Source: Planctomycetota bacterium
Lineage (GTDB): Bacteria > Planctomycetota > UBA11346
Direction of reading: 5' to 3'
DNA length: 64,000 nt
Assembly: GCA_028280785.1 (NCBI GenBank)
Contig: JANQLF010000212.1
Coordinates: 93,444 to 157,443, forward strand
Shown here: positions 35,818 to 44,847 of the stretch, piece after piece
How the letters are laid out: each line of letters starts with the position of its first letter
Numbering within the stretch: position 1 is the first letter of the stretch
Position numbers and translations under genes: made by a program
The notes under the pieces: model-generated
Told to the model about the DNA's origin: nothing
The model's input: only the letters and a program-made list of their open reading frames with translations
The model's database searches: none

Positions 35818-37836
35818 ATGCATTTGCTCATCGCCCTACTCCTCTGCTGTATTCCCGTTGTTGCTTGCGCGCAATCGGGCGCCCTCAAACCGATTGAACT
35901 TGTTGATAATTATAGCAAAGAACATCCACGCCTCTTATTTAACAGCTCATTTAAAAAAGAACTGCAAGAGCGTGCACGTAAACAGCCAAGCATTTGGGCT
36001 GCCATGGAAGCCGCATCAAAACGCTTGCTCTCCTATGTACCCAATGACAAGGACGTTCGTCATGGCGCAAAATATTATCGTGCAGATTGGATGCTCGCCG
36101 CGTCCATGGCTTATTTCATTAATGGCAAAAAGGAATATCGCGATCAATGCATTAAATGGATGAAAGCACATTGCGTAGTCGATATTTGGGGAACTGGATG
36201 GGGAGAAAATGTTGATATTCCTGCTAATTGGTATCTCTATTATATTTCATTATCGTATGATATTTTATATGATGACATATCCGAGGCAGATCGCAAAATA
36301 ATCGTTAAAGGTCTGTCTGATCACGCCAAAGCTATTTATGACGTATGGAAAAAGAAAACGACTAAAATTCGCTACGATCAAAACCACACCTATGTCCCGA
36401 TTATTTCTTTGGCAACCGCTGCCTTGGTACTGATGGAAGAAGAGCCACAAGCTGTAGAATGGCTCGCTTATAGCCATGCAATGATGAAAAAGTGTCGACA
36501 GGTTTTATCTGATGACGGTTATTACTATGAAGGTACTGCCTACTGGGAGTATGCCTTTCATTGGCATGTCCGTTACGCCGATTTAATTAGCCGCGCAACA
36601 GGTGAAGCTGCTCATGATTTGCCAATGTTTAAAAAGAATTATTTATTCCCAATCCACCTATCTTTACCTGGCGCCCCCTACCGTTGGGACATGGGTGATT
36701 CCGGATGGGGTAAAGGCCGCCGTACGAGCAAGGCACGTTTTGGACGTCAAAGCATGCTCTATCGTATGGCTGACTTGCACAACAACGCCGAAGCACAAGG
36801 CGTTTCAAATTATTTACGCGATCAAGGCGGCGACTTTGATGACCCCGGCATGTATCTCTACTGGTATAATCCAAATATAAAAAGCACACCTATCAGTAAA
36901 TTTTCTAAACATCATCATTTCGAAGATTATGGTGTAATCACCTGGCGCTCATCTTGGGGAAAAGACGCAAGCGTCTACATGTTCAAAGCCGGACCACCAA
37001 ATGGCTATAGTTCCTTTGACAAAATGAAAACCTTAACCGAATGGTATCCCAATTCAGGTCACGTGCATCCTGACATTGGTATGTTCTGGATGTACGCTCA
37101 CGGTGAATATTTAGCAACGGACACTGGCTACACCCAACGTAAACGCACCCGCGATCACAATACCATTCTCGTCGATGGTGAAGGCATGGGTGAAGACTAT
37201 AATTATTGGATTTATTCTGGGTTCCCTGATCGCAACATTCCCTATGAGAAATGGACAAAAGTAAAATTAAATAAAGTGCATCTCGAAGATGCTTACGGCT
37301 ACGCCATGGCTGACTTTTCTTCGGCTTACGAAGAACACTTAGGGAAATTACAAATACATCGCCACTGCATTATGACCAAAGAAGCGCTGATTATTTTTGA
37401 TGATTTAAAAGGTGAAAAAGAGCACAGCTTCACCAGCTTAGTCCACGCAGATTATGAATTCAAACAAATTGGCACCGGCATCATGAAAGCGAGCGTTGGC
37501 GATGCCCATTTAATTAACTACACCCTCAATCCGGATTCGTGCACCCTTAAAAATGAAGCAGCCATCGTCTTTGGTGGCAAGAAACCAAATAAAGGCGCCG
37601 ATGAACAGCGCGGCTTTCAGTTAACACAAAAATCTATCAAACCCACCAAGCATCAACAGTTTATCAATGTTTTGATTCCAACCAAAAAAGACCAAGCCGA
37701 TCCACAATCAGTAAAACTGATCGAGCTCTCTAAAAAGTATCTGCGTATTCAAGTTAATTTCGACAGTAAAAACAGCAGAACGTACAGCATTGATTTGTCT
37801 TGGAAAAAAGGCAAGAAAGGACCGGTCACATGGTAA
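35818..37836 (+). CDS. secreted heparinase II/III-family polysaccharide lyase-like protein
   Basis: Signal peptide MHLLIALLLCCIPVVACA. N-terminal alginate-lyase-like toroid (HPRLLF..., DQNHTYV, YYYEGTAYWEYAF). Hallmark block GHVHPDIGMFWMYAHGEYLATDTGY...DHNTILVDGEG. Confidence 0.8.
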   Translation: MHLLIALLLCCIPVVACAQSGALKPIELVDNYSKEHPRLLFNSSFKKELQERARKQPSIWAAMEAASKRLLSYVPNDKDVRHGAKYYRADWMLAASMAYFINGKKEYRDQCIKWMKAHCVVDIWGTGWGENVDIPANWYLYYISLSYDILYDDISEADRKIIVKGLSDHAKAIYDVWKKKTTKIRYDQNHTYVPIISLATAALVLMEEEPQAVEWLAYSHAMMKKCRQVLSDDGYYYEGTAYWEYAFHWHVRYADLISRATGEAAHDLPMFKKNYLFPIHLSLPGAPYRWDMGDSGWGKGRRTSKARFGRQSMLYRMADLHNNAEAQGVSNYLRDQGGDFDDPGMYLYWYNPNIKSTPISKFSKHHHFEDYGVITWRSSWGKDASVYMFKAGPPNGYSSFDKMKTLTEWYPNSGHVHPDIGMFWMYAHGEYLATDTGYTQRKRTRDHNTILVDGEGMGEDYNYWIYSGFPDRNIPYEKWTKVKLNKVHLEDAYGYAMADFSSAYEEHLGKLQIHRHCIMTKEALIIFDDLKGEKEHSFTSLVHADYEFKQIGTGIMKASVGDAHLINYTLNPDSCTLKNEAAIVFGGKKPNKGADEQRGFQLTQKSIKPTKHQQFINVLIPTKKDQADPQSVKLIELSKKYLRIQVNFDSKNSRTYSIDLSWKKGKKGPVTW

Positions 37837-37860
37837 AAGCCTTGGCTTTTACCTGTATAT

Positions 37861-39024
37861 ATGAACGACGCCGCCCTCTTACAGCGCTTTATTAAGCATG
37901 GATCCAATGAGGCATTCAGCACATTGGTCGAAGTCCACTGGCAACACGTTTACCGTGCTTGCCAGCGGCGTTGTGTATACAGCAGTGATGCAGATGAAGC
38001 TTGCCAAGCCGTTTTTATCGCCTTGGCACAAAAACCCAAACGTTGTCCTCCGCAAGCTATCTTACCTTGGCTATTACGCGTCGCTAAGTATGTGTGCATT
38101 GATATGAATCGTTCTCGCCAACGCCGCGATAAACATGAACAAGCAGCCGCTCAAGCGCAACGACAAAAAAAGGTCGACGCAGCAGAACAATCAAATGATG
38201 AGTGGGATCAGATTAAATACCTACTTGATGATAGCATTGATGCATTGCCCGCCAAACAACGTGACGCGATCATCGCACATTATTTCGAAGGCAAGACTTA
38301 TAAGGACATTGCGAAATCATCGAATGCCAAAGCAAGCACCATACAAATGCGCATCAAAGCTGGTCTCGAAAAATTGAAAACACAATTTGCTAAGCGTGGC
38401 GTCGCCGTATCTGTTCTTACCCTTACAGGTTTATTTCAAAATCAAATTCACGCTGCTGTCGCTTCACAGTCAATAAGTGCCAGTAGCATTTGCACCGCAT
38501 CTTTGTCTGCTATTGGTTCTGCCAGCGGTAGTGTCGCTATTGCAAGTGCACAACACGCTCTCGATGCCTTGATGTGGTTAAAAATAAAATTATTTGGGAT
38601 CGCTGTGATTACTGCCACCGCTTGTGCTAGTGCTGGGATTGTGGCAATTCAATCTATTGGATATCATTATGCCAAACCTGTAAATGCATTTCTAGAAGAG
38701 CCAGTGCTTGGTTTGGAAATCCCAAAAATCATTCGATTTGGTGATACCATCACCGCCAAGGTTCACTGTGAAGGTTTTAATCCAGATCATTTATTACGCT
38801 GTGACGTGCATTGGTTTGATAAAAATGGCAAGCGTCGTGAAAAATATCTACATTCACCATTTGAACAACGCGTTGAATCTGATGGCAGTAAAGAATTCTC
38901 TTTTACCATTGATAAACACAAAGATGAAATTGATATCATCTTTGTCGTTGCCTATGTCTGTGTTTCAGATTGGGACGATGTCGTAAAACAGGTCACCTCC
39001 CAAGAAATTACAATTAAGCGTTAA
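37861..39024 (+). CDS. ECF-type sigma-70 family factor fused to a TM segment and a C-terminal domain of about 115 aa
   Basis: Region 2 (...DADEACQAVFIALAQK...WLLRVAKYVCIDMNR) and region 4 (LPAKQRDAIIAHYFEGKTYKDIAKSSNAKASTIQMRIKAGLEKLK) occupy aa 1-180. Then come an Ala/Ser-rich linker, a TM segment (LFGIAVITATACASAGIVAIQSIG) and a beta-rich C-terminal domain. The gene starts 24 nt after the lyase gene. Confidence 0.8.
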   Translation: MNDAALLQRFIKHGSNEAFSTLVEVHWQHVYRACQRRCVYSSDADEACQAVFIALAQKPKRCPPQAILPWLLRVAKYVCIDMNRSRQRRDKHEQAAAQAQRQKKVDAAEQSNDEWDQIKYLLDDSIDALPAKQRDAIIAHYFEGKTYKDIAKSSNAKASTIQMRIKAGLEKLKTQFAKRGVAVSVLTLTGLFQNQIHAAVASQSISASSICTASLSAIGSASGSVAIASAQHALDALMWLKIKLFGIAVITATACASAGIVAIQSIGYHYAKPVNAFLEEPVLGLEIPKIIRFGDTITAKVHCEGFNPDHLLRCDVHWFDKNGKRREKYLHSPFEQRVESDGSKEFSFTIDKHKDEIDIIFVVAYVCVSDWDDVVKQVTSQEITIKR

Positions 39025-39902
39025 CGCGTAATACTATTGTACACCGACTCTCGATAAGGCTGGTCATTTAAATCATATTCAAAACTATGGTGCACGCGTT
39101 TAGCATAGCCCATAAAATCAAATTCATGATCGCCGGACATATATCGCCATTGGCGAATTCGATTCATCCATTCCAGCGGATGTTCGCCACCGATCCAAGC
39201 ATGGCCACGCAGCATAATTTGTGCGACTGCCTCTTGGTCCATATCCTCGGTATTCCATAGACGAATTTGCGGAACACACGGATTAAATCGTGCGAGAAAC
39301 ATAATCCGGTCACTCTCACTGCGATTGGGTCGACCTGAATGCCATATATTACCGTGCCACAGAACGACTGTACCTGCTGCACAGACTAATTGCTTACTGC
39401 CACGCACATGCTGATAGCGATACATATTTGAATTGTGCACCTTGCGATACTGACTGCCTGGTAAAAACATTGTACCACCCATTTCAGGTGTGATTTCCTG
39501 TGGATAAATACTGACATTGATATCAAAGGTATAGGGCCGCATGTCGACCATGCAGTCTTGATGATAGTGCAGAAAATTTAAATGTGCATTGTCCGTCAAC
39601 GGCTGAGTACGATGAACTCGATAATGATCAAATTGTGGGTTTGTGCCAACCAAGCTTTCAATGGCCTGGGCTACCTGCGGCAACTCGAGGATCTCTTTAT
39701 AAACGCTATCCTGTAATGCTTCATCCCAGGAAAAATGGTGCCGCTGTTCGCGAATACTCGTATACGCGTCTTGTGCTTCTTTCTCTCGTGTTTCATCAAT
39801 CGCTTGATGGCATAAATGCTCAGGAATGACGCCTTCTAAAATAATATATCCTTCATCAACAAAATGAGCCATCTGTATCGTGTTAAGTAAATAATTATTC
39901 AT
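39021..39902 (-). CDS. PhyH-family Fe(II)/2-oxoglutarate dioxygenase
   Basis: HxD in LHYHQDCMVD. Distal His and Arg in VVLWHGNIWHSGRPNRSESDRIMFLARF. Confidence 0.75.
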   Translation of the reverse strand: MNNYLLNTIQMAHFVDEGYIILEGVIPEHLCHQAIDETREKEAQDAYTSIREQRHHFSWDEALQDSVYKEILELPQVAQAIESLVGTNPQFDHYRVHRTQPLTDNAHLNFLHYHQDCMVDMRPYTFDINVSIYPQEITPEMGGTMFLPGSQYRKVHNSNMYRYQHVRGSKQLVCAAGTVVLWHGNIWHSGRPNRSESDRIMFLARFNPCVPQIRLWNTEDMDQEAVAQIMLRGHAWIGGEHPLEWMNRIRQWRYMSGDHEFDFMGYAKRVHHSFEYDLNDQPYRESVYNSITR

Positions 39903-40174
39903 GCCACATCCTCCAGTTTTTCTAAAATAAATTCAAAAGGAAAGGGGCCAGTTCGATAGGCGTTTTCACTGGTCGCGGCTTGGTCACTGGGAAATTGAAT
40001 AACCCGCCAACCATCCTTCATCGCTTCCAACACGCTCCAATACGGCGGTTCGGTTTCCATGGCACCGGTGTAGGGATGTTTCCCCGTGCCGTCATATTCA
40101 GCCCACGCAGTAGTTTCACTGGCTAAGCACGCCGTGCTGAGATACATGATCAGGATACGCTGTCGCTGCGACAT
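39899..40174 (-). CDS. 91-aa protein of unknown function, translationally coupled to the PhyH gene
   Basis: Its stop overlaps the PhyH start in ATGA (39899-39902). The N-terminus MSQRQRILIMYLSTACLASETTAWA looks signal-peptide-like. No motif recognised. Confidence 0.5.
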   Translation of the reverse strand: MSQRQRILIMYLSTACLASETTAWAEYDGTGKHPYTGAMETEPPYWSVLEAMKDGWRVIQFPSDQAATSENAYRTGPFPFEFILEKLEDVA

Positions 40175-40230
40175 AACTATGACTCCAATAGTTTATCCTT
40201 GTCATTTTATACCGCTAAGCTTAGTTTTCT

Positions 40231-41076
40231 ATGTATTCTAGAGGATATTTTGTGTCTTATTCGGTAATGCCACAGTTTAACCGGACTCCACTCCAGGATA
40301 TCTATCCAACATTCGAGGCTATTCCGCAGCGTCTCGGCTGGGTCGACATGGGTGCAGGTCTCACCGATCACTTTTCTGACGTGTGGTGGCGTTTTTATGT
40401 TAATGCCGATGCAGGCATGCGCATACAAGGGCCTGGCGCTGCACTGAAAGCCCCCGCCCAACGATTGGTCATTCTGCCAGCCTGGATTTCCTGGCAGTTG
40501 GAGATGCGCAATCCTCTCCGACATTTTTTTCTCGAAGTTGAATGCCCACAAATAAGCGCACGACAAATTGCATCACGCTATAATAAAGCGATCCTCATCC
40601 CACAACAACAAGGCACATTATTTGTCGACGTCGCTCAACGGATGCAAGCTGAGGAACAAGCAGCAGATATCGGGCATCAAATGCACGCCGCAGTGCACTT
40701 AGCCATGAGTCATATTGCTCAAGATTTTGCCGATATAACAGCGCAACCAAACGTACTGCAACAGATAATGACTTTTATTGAAGCAGATTTACAAGCAGAC
40801 CTGCGTGTACCAACGCTGGCCCAGCAATTTCACTGCAGCCCAAAACATATAACTAATTTATTCAATGAGCACTTACAAATAACGCCTGCCGCCTTCGTTC
40901 GCGAACGCCGCATTGTTCAAGCATGCAAGCTACTACGTGAAACGGAAGATAGCATCGAGCACATTGCCGAAGCCTGCGGTTTCGCTAATCGAGCCTATAT
41001 GAGCAGGGTTATGCAGCAGCAAGTGCATATTGCCCCAGCTGCTTATCGCAAACTTTCAAGCGCAATAGCAACGTGA
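40231..41076 (+). CDS. AraC-family transcriptional regulator
   Basis: C-terminal HTH pair ...LAQQFHCSPKHITNLFNEHLQITPAAFVRERRIVQACKLLRETEDSIEHIAEACGFANRAYMSRVMQQQVHIAPAAYRK. It is divergent from the 91-aa/PhyH operon across a 56-nt spacer. Confidence 0.88.
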   Translation: MYSRGYFVSYSVMPQFNRTPLQDIYPTFEAIPQRLGWVDMGAGLTDHFSDVWWRFYVNADAGMRIQGPGAALKAPAQRLVILPAWISWQLEMRNPLRHFFLEVECPQISARQIASRYNKAILIPQQQGTLFVDVAQRMQAEEQAADIGHQMHAAVHLAMSHIAQDFADITAQPNVLQQIMTFIEADLQADLRVPTLAQQFHCSPKHITNLFNEHLQITPAAFVRERRIVQACKLLRETEDSIEHIAEACGFANRAYMSRVMQQQVHIAPAAYRKLSSAIAT

Positions 41077-41214
41077 CAAATTCATAGTCAAATAAATGAC
41101 GTAATACTACGATTAGGAATAGGGCAGATGGGGCTTGAATCTTCAGCAAATAATTTGAGACCGAAACGCTGATCACTAAGATAGCGGCAGTTTCAGCTAT
41201 TTCTGGAGTCCATC

Positions 41215-43401
41215 ATGTATAAAGCCCTGCCCACAATTGCCCTTTTATGTTATCTTTGTTGCCAATGCACCATTGCTGCAGTGGAAATACCGAAGCCACG
41301 TAAAAAGCTGCCTAGAAACGCCATCGCAATTACCAAACCAGGCTATTATGCTGAAGCCGGTAAAACCTACGTTTTAATGAGAGATATTAAAGCAGATGGC
41401 ACTGCCTTGTATTTGGGCAATAACGTCACTCTCGATCTCAATGGTCACAGCATCACCTTTGCTGCTGCAGACTATAAGCAGGTTCCCAATTATGGATTTG
41501 AAGAAGGACTCAAGCATTGGGATATCAGTAAGGCACCTGGGGCTAAGGCCGTAGACTCAAACGTCATGCCCATTGTGGGTACGCGCATTCTCGAATTACC
41601 AGTCGGTGAAGAGATTGTATCTGACTTTGTACACTTACCGGTAGCCAATCGCTCGTATTATGCCACCTGTGCCAATGATCGCGATCAACGCATTGAATTA
41701 CGTGTTGAAGACGAAAATGGCAAAGAAATAACCTGCAATTTTCAAACCAGCAACGGCAATAAAGTCGGTTGCCCTGTTCTTAATAAAAAACTGCCCCACG
41801 GCGGTGGCGTCATTTTTGCTCATCTGCATAATCTGCCAGCTGGTAAATATCGCATTCGCGTCAAAGCACTTGCTAGTAATAATAAAAGCAAAACCTGTTA
41901 TTTAGACGAGATAAATATATTACCTGCACTTGATGCCGGTATCGCCATGGTGAGCTATCTCAAGCCCTTTGCTAATTACGATGCTGTCATGGCATGGCAC
42001 CCCTGTGCGTTTTTTGATGCCAATAAAAATGCTGCGCAAGCAGCACAAGGTAAAGCCATGCCATTTGTAGCACTTGATGGCTTACCACTCGTCAGCGGCA
42101 AAGGTACCATCACGATTAAAAATGGTGTCATTAAAAACGGATCGCCTGTCGCACGATCTTATGCGATTCATGCAAATTCCGGTGATGCATTGGTCGTCTT
42201 AGACAATGTTTTAGTGCAAAATTCAGGATTGAACGCCAACGCCGCTTCACTGGGCAAAGCAAAAATCACCAATTCACGTTTTGAAATCAACACACCTTTT
42301 ATCATTAATCGTCACTACTTGAATGCCTGTTCGGTCACGGTTTCACATCATGCGGAAGAAATCGCCTTCAATGAATTCATTGGTGGACAAGGCAATCTCT
42401 ACACCCCTGGTGGCAATGGTAATATTCACGATAATTATTTCGAAAATCATCAAACGGTTGTCAACCATTATACCCTTACACCAGGAACTGGCGATAAAGT
42501 GTATAAGAATAAATTCCACCCAAAAAGAGGAGCAGGAATCAACCTCTATCGTTGTCAAAATGTCGAAGTTTATGACAACGAATTTAAAATTCATACTATG
42601 GCCCCACCAGCAGAATATCGTTACAAGATGCTCACTACGCCAGCTATACGTATGGCCGACTATGGCGCCAAGAAAGGCAGCAAAGACGGCAGCTTCAACA
42701 ATAAAATATACCAAAATACGTTTCACATCACTGGGAAAAACCATATGGCATTCAAAGGCTATCAAGGACGCGCAACAGCTTTCTTTGTGAGCGCCAATGG
42801 CGGTCAAAATTATATCTACGACAATGACATCATATTACGTAACGACCACGCTGATGATATCAGCGAAGCCTATGCCTTTTTCATAGGCTCAAGCAATCCT
42901 GGCGGTGAGATTAAAAACAATCGCATTGATGCGAACTGCACGGTGGGATGGATGGGCAATTACTACGGCAATGCCGATAATGTAACTATTATCAATAATA
43001 CATTTAAACGTCATCCACAAACACCAAAAAATGAAGTGTTATTTAGACTCGGCAACGGCGGTAATGCTGCGCGAAACATTCGCTTTATTTCCAATCAAAG
43101 GGATGAATGGAAAACCCTAAGTAATAACTATACACAATTGCTATCGTATACTGTTGAATCAACGCTCTTCATTCAAACTAAACCTGGTGCAACGGTGCAG
43201 GTTACTGTCCCCAAATTGGACAAAACTATTCAAGCAACAGCTGACAAAAAAGGTCATGCTACCGTTCATGTGCCGGTTTATCGCCAAGATGCCAAAGCAA
43301 AAACACAGTACCCAAGTGCAAACATAGTGGCCAAATTAGGTGAATGGAGCAAGAATAAACAGGTTCAAGTCTCCAAAGACATGAAACTGAAGCTCAAGTA
43401 G
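41215..43401 (+). CDS. secreted right-handed beta-helix-like protein with an inserted CBM-like module (tentative)
   Basis: Signal peptide MYKALPTIALLCYLCCQCTIAA. Repeated N-x-(I/V/F) rungs (NNVTLDLNGHSITF, NSRFEIN, HDNYFENH, YDNEFKIH, YQNTFHI, YDNDIIL, KNNRIDAN, INNTFKRH). An inserted segment NYGFEEGLKHWDI... looks like a CBM4/9-type sandwich. Confidence 0.55.
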   Translation: MYKALPTIALLCYLCCQCTIAAVEIPKPRKKLPRNAIAITKPGYYAEAGKTYVLMRDIKADGTALYLGNNVTLDLNGHSITFAAADYKQVPNYGFEEGLKHWDISKAPGAKAVDSNVMPIVGTRILELPVGEEIVSDFVHLPVANRSYYATCANDRDQRIELRVEDENGKEITCNFQTSNGNKVGCPVLNKKLPHGGGVIFAHLHNLPAGKYRIRVKALASNNKSKTCYLDEINILPALDAGIAMVSYLKPFANYDAVMAWHPCAFFDANKNAAQAAQGKAMPFVALDGLPLVSGKGTITIKNGVIKNGSPVARSYAIHANSGDALVVLDNVLVQNSGLNANAASLGKAKITNSRFEINTPFIINRHYLNACSVTVSHHAEEIAFNEFIGGQGNLYTPGGNGNIHDNYFENHQTVVNHYTLTPGTGDKVYKNKFHPKRGAGINLYRCQNVEVYDNEFKIHTMAPPAEYRYKMLTTPAIRMADYGAKKGSKDGSFNNKIYQNTFHITGKNHMAFKGYQGRATAFFVSANGGQNYIYDNDIILRNDHADDISEAYAFFIGSSNPGGEIKNNRIDANCTVGWMGNYYGNADNVTIINNTFKRHPQTPKNEVLFRLGNGGNAARNIRFISNQRDEWKTLSNNYTQLLSYTVESTLFIQTKPGATVQVTVPKLDKTIQATADKKGHATVHVPVYRQDAKAKTQYPSANIVAKLGEWSKNKQVQVSKDMKLKLK

Positions 43402-43512
43402 CACGTTTGTTCAGGCTCATGGAACGATTTGTTTCCACTCTATGAACAGCAATTAATTTGATTTGTACACCCTATTCCGACGCGCACTATTGCGCGCCGG
43501 AGAAATTATCAC

Positions 43513-44844
43513 ATGTATTTACGATTTTTTGTTTTGCTTAGCTGTTTTTGTTGCTTCCTATCGCTGCATGCAATAGACCCACTCGACAATGGTGCACATA
43601 TAGTGGTCTATAGTGACGGCATCATTGATCCGTTACTTAAAGTTGCCGAAAGTGAAGTTAGCAAAGAACTCAAAGCCCAGAAAATAAAAATTACACATCG
43701 CAAGAAAAAAGGGTTAACTTCTGCACTTGCCTTGGAGAGTCTTGAAAAAGATGTACTCAAGAAAAAGCCACAATTAGTCCTGCTTTCCATTGGTCTGGCC
43801 GATATCTTCGACTTAAAGAAAGACAAGCTTTTAGAAAATGCTGATATTGAAGCAAGTATCAACAATAGTGAATTGCTTATCAGTAAAATCACCGACGCAG
43901 GAATTAAAGTTGTTTGGGTAACACCAGGCTTGTTCGGCGAATTCCCAGATAAACTCAGTGAAGAAAATTCAGCCCTGGATTCACTTGTTGCGCAACAAAA
44001 AGCCTTGTGCGTGAAGCTCAATATCGACTGTTTCGACTTACGTAGCACAAGTCTCCGTGCAGTCGAGAAAATGAAGCGTGCAGGTAAATATAAAAAGGAA
44101 CGCCCCTACCTCACTAAAAATGGTTTTGAATGGTCGAAAGATGGTGCCGCCGAGTTAGGCAACGCACTCCAGCGCTACCTCGGCGTCAACAAATCCGGCA
44201 TTGGTCGCAAAATTAAAGCAGACGATTACGTGTGTTTCTTCTTGGGATTTGACTATGGCCTCAAAAAGAACATCGCACAAATGGAAATTGAAATCAAAGA
44301 ACCTTTTGCAGATAAACCCAAAAGCCCTCGTTTAAAACCAATTAAATTAGCTGCCCAATTTTATAATGGCGACACCGATTTCCCCGAAGTGACCAGTCAA
44401 AAACCAACGGTCGCCGTAGTCCAGCTCGGTCTCACTGTACCCACCCATTCAACACTTGGCGTGGCTAAATTACCGGCTTCCTATGATGTACTCATGAAAA
44501 CGTTACTGTCACAAAGTAAAGATGTTTTTATTATGACCCCACCGCTCCCTATGGAAACAGGCACGAGTAAAGTGGACACCAATGGCAAGGCTTACAAGAA
44601 GACACAACAAGTCATCGAAATCATCAACACCTCAGCCAAGAAACACGGCATTCCAGTTATTGATATATTTAGCCTCATGGAAGCACATCACAAAGAACAT
44701 CCCGATGCCTTCCTGTATGGGCGTAACAATAAGCAAGGCATCGAAATGGGAGCTGCCTATATAAGAATCGTTACCCAAGAATTACGCAAAGTTGTCGGCC
44801 TTCCCCCAAGTGACAACGTGTATATTCACAGCGCCAATAAATAA
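43513..44844 (+). CDS. secreted two-domain protein, SGNH/GDSL-hydrolase-like fold (tentative); paralog of 52718..54079
   Basis: Signal peptide MYLRFFVLLSCFCCFLSLHA. Block layout HIVVYSDGI / LVLLSIGLADI / VVWVTPG / LTKNGFEW resembles SGNH blocks I, II-III and V, but with non-canonical residues. It aligns along its length with the 453-aa protein at 52718..54079. Confidence 0.5.
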   Translation: MYLRFFVLLSCFCCFLSLHAIDPLDNGAHIVVYSDGIIDPLLKVAESEVSKELKAQKIKITHRKKKGLTSALALESLEKDVLKKKPQLVLLSIGLADIFDLKKDKLLENADIEASINNSELLISKITDAGIKVVWVTPGLFGEFPDKLSEENSALDSLVAQQKALCVKLNIDCFDLRSTSLRAVEKMKRAGKYKKERPYLTKNGFEWSKDGAAELGNALQRYLGVNKSGIGRKIKADDYVCFFLGFDYGLKKNIAQMEIEIKEPFADKPKSPRLKPIKLAAQFYNGDTDFPEVTSQKPTVAVVQLGLTVPTHSTLGVAKLPASYDVLMKTLLSQSKDVFIMTPPLPMETGTSKVDTNGKAYKKTQQVIEIINTSAKKHGIPVIDIFSLMEAHHKEHPDAFLYGRNNKQGIEMGAAYIRIVTQELRKVVGLPPSDNVYIHSANK

Positions 44845-44847
44845 TAA

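Noticed and set aside
35750-36163. 137-aa ORF overlapping the start of the heparinase-like gene
   Set aside because: It is out of frame with the 672-aa ORF, which has a signal peptide and strong family motifs. Its translation looks random (Ser/Leu/Ile-rich).
40207-40566. 119-aa minus-strand ORF overlapping the AraC gene at 40231..41076
   Set aside because: It is antisense to a gene with a clear AraC HTH and would leave no promoter space for the PhyH operon. No motifs.
42323-42807. Two mutually antisense ORFs of about 155 aa (42323..42790 + and 42343..42807 -) inside the beta-helix gene
   Set aside because: Both lie entirely within the 728-aa ORF, which has a coherent repeat structure. Their translations are low-complexity and have no motifs. 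Long off-frame ORFs are expected in this codon composition.
43481-43496. GC-rich hairpin CGCGCA-ctat-TGCGCG after the beta-helix gene, considered as a terminator
   Set aside because: The stem is only 6 bp and no T-tract follows; instead it runs straight into the RBS (GGAG) of the next gene. At best it is a minor 5'-leader structure.
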